A DNA stretch of 64,000 bases, taken from contig CAVSRK010000002.1 in NCBI GenBank assembly GCA_963730335.1, forward strand, positions 1,730 through 65,729, given 5' to 3'. Positions 63,698 to 64,000 of this stretch are shown here, piece by piece (positions within the stretch are counted from its first letter, which is position 1; each line of letters starts with the position of its first letter). The DNA comes from an uncultured Alphaproteobacteria bacterium (GTDB taxonomy: Bacteria; Pseudomonadota; Alphaproteobacteria; Rhizobiales; Methyloligellaceae). A program made the translations under genes and the position numbers. The notes under the pieces were generated by a model. That model was given only the letters and a program-made list of their open reading frames with translations, ran no database searches and had not been told where the DNA came from.

Positions 63698-64000
63698 CAG
63701 CTATTGAGGAACCAAATCGCGAAATTGAGCCCGGTGGCGAAGCAAACCCAGAGCGCGAGCGGGATTAGCAACAGGGAGGCGCTACGGCTCACGCGGTCGA
63801 ACAACACGATAGTAATGACGATGACGATCAGGAAGGCCATGATCACGGCCAGGCCGAGCGCGGGACTGTGCAGCCAGAAGAAGGCGACCGACCACAAGAC
63901 GCCCACGGCGAGCTGGATGAAGAACCAGATCATCGCCAGTCTTTGATCTGACTCCTTGCCGGGCGAGTGCCAGACAAGCCACGCGGCGACCGCGCTCAGC
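63697..64000 (-). CDS. tspO: TspO/MBR family protein (5' end outside window)
   Basis: The frame is open to the window edge: LSAVAAWLVW...FFIQLAVGVLWSVAFF...LLIPLALWVCFATGLN. Confidence 0.85.
   Translation of the reverse strand, partial: LSAVAAWLVWHSPGKESDQRLAMIWFFIQLAVGVLWSVAFFWLHSPALGLAVIMAFLIVIVITIVLFDRVSRSASLLLIPLALWVCFATGLNFAIWFLNS

Overview
A GC-rich alphaproteobacterial chromosomal segment. Gene content and order suggest Hyphomicrobiales, possibly Methyloceanibacter/Hyphomicrobium-like (inference). It is mostly housekeeping: M23 peptidase, clpB, prfA-prmC, ptsP, lysC, ubiG, grxC, mutT, argJ, secA, accA, xerD, aroK-aroB, cobST, rpmB, a helicase-S4-fdxA-carD string, tRNA-Arg(CCT), etfBA-hbd and tspO. 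Small accessory inserts sit between the core genes. Two stand out. (1) A lower-GC, heavily eroded cassette between the M23 gene and clpB (about 578-2106). Repairing its frameshifts and stops by hand gives HNH nuclease fragment + TGT-like (DUF6610-like) protein + 4-TM membrane protein, a candidate undescribed defence module. (2) A TIR-TM gene with its own promoter, flanked by an imperfect direct repeat of the 3' end of the neighbouring SDR gene and reading in frame into the duplicated copy. Hidden frameshifts or stops were also found in comF, an SLC13 permease, htpX and a small secreted protein, while all core genes look intact. No CRISPR array, rRNA, transposase or prophage was seen. Family assignments are from motif recognition by eye, not database searches.
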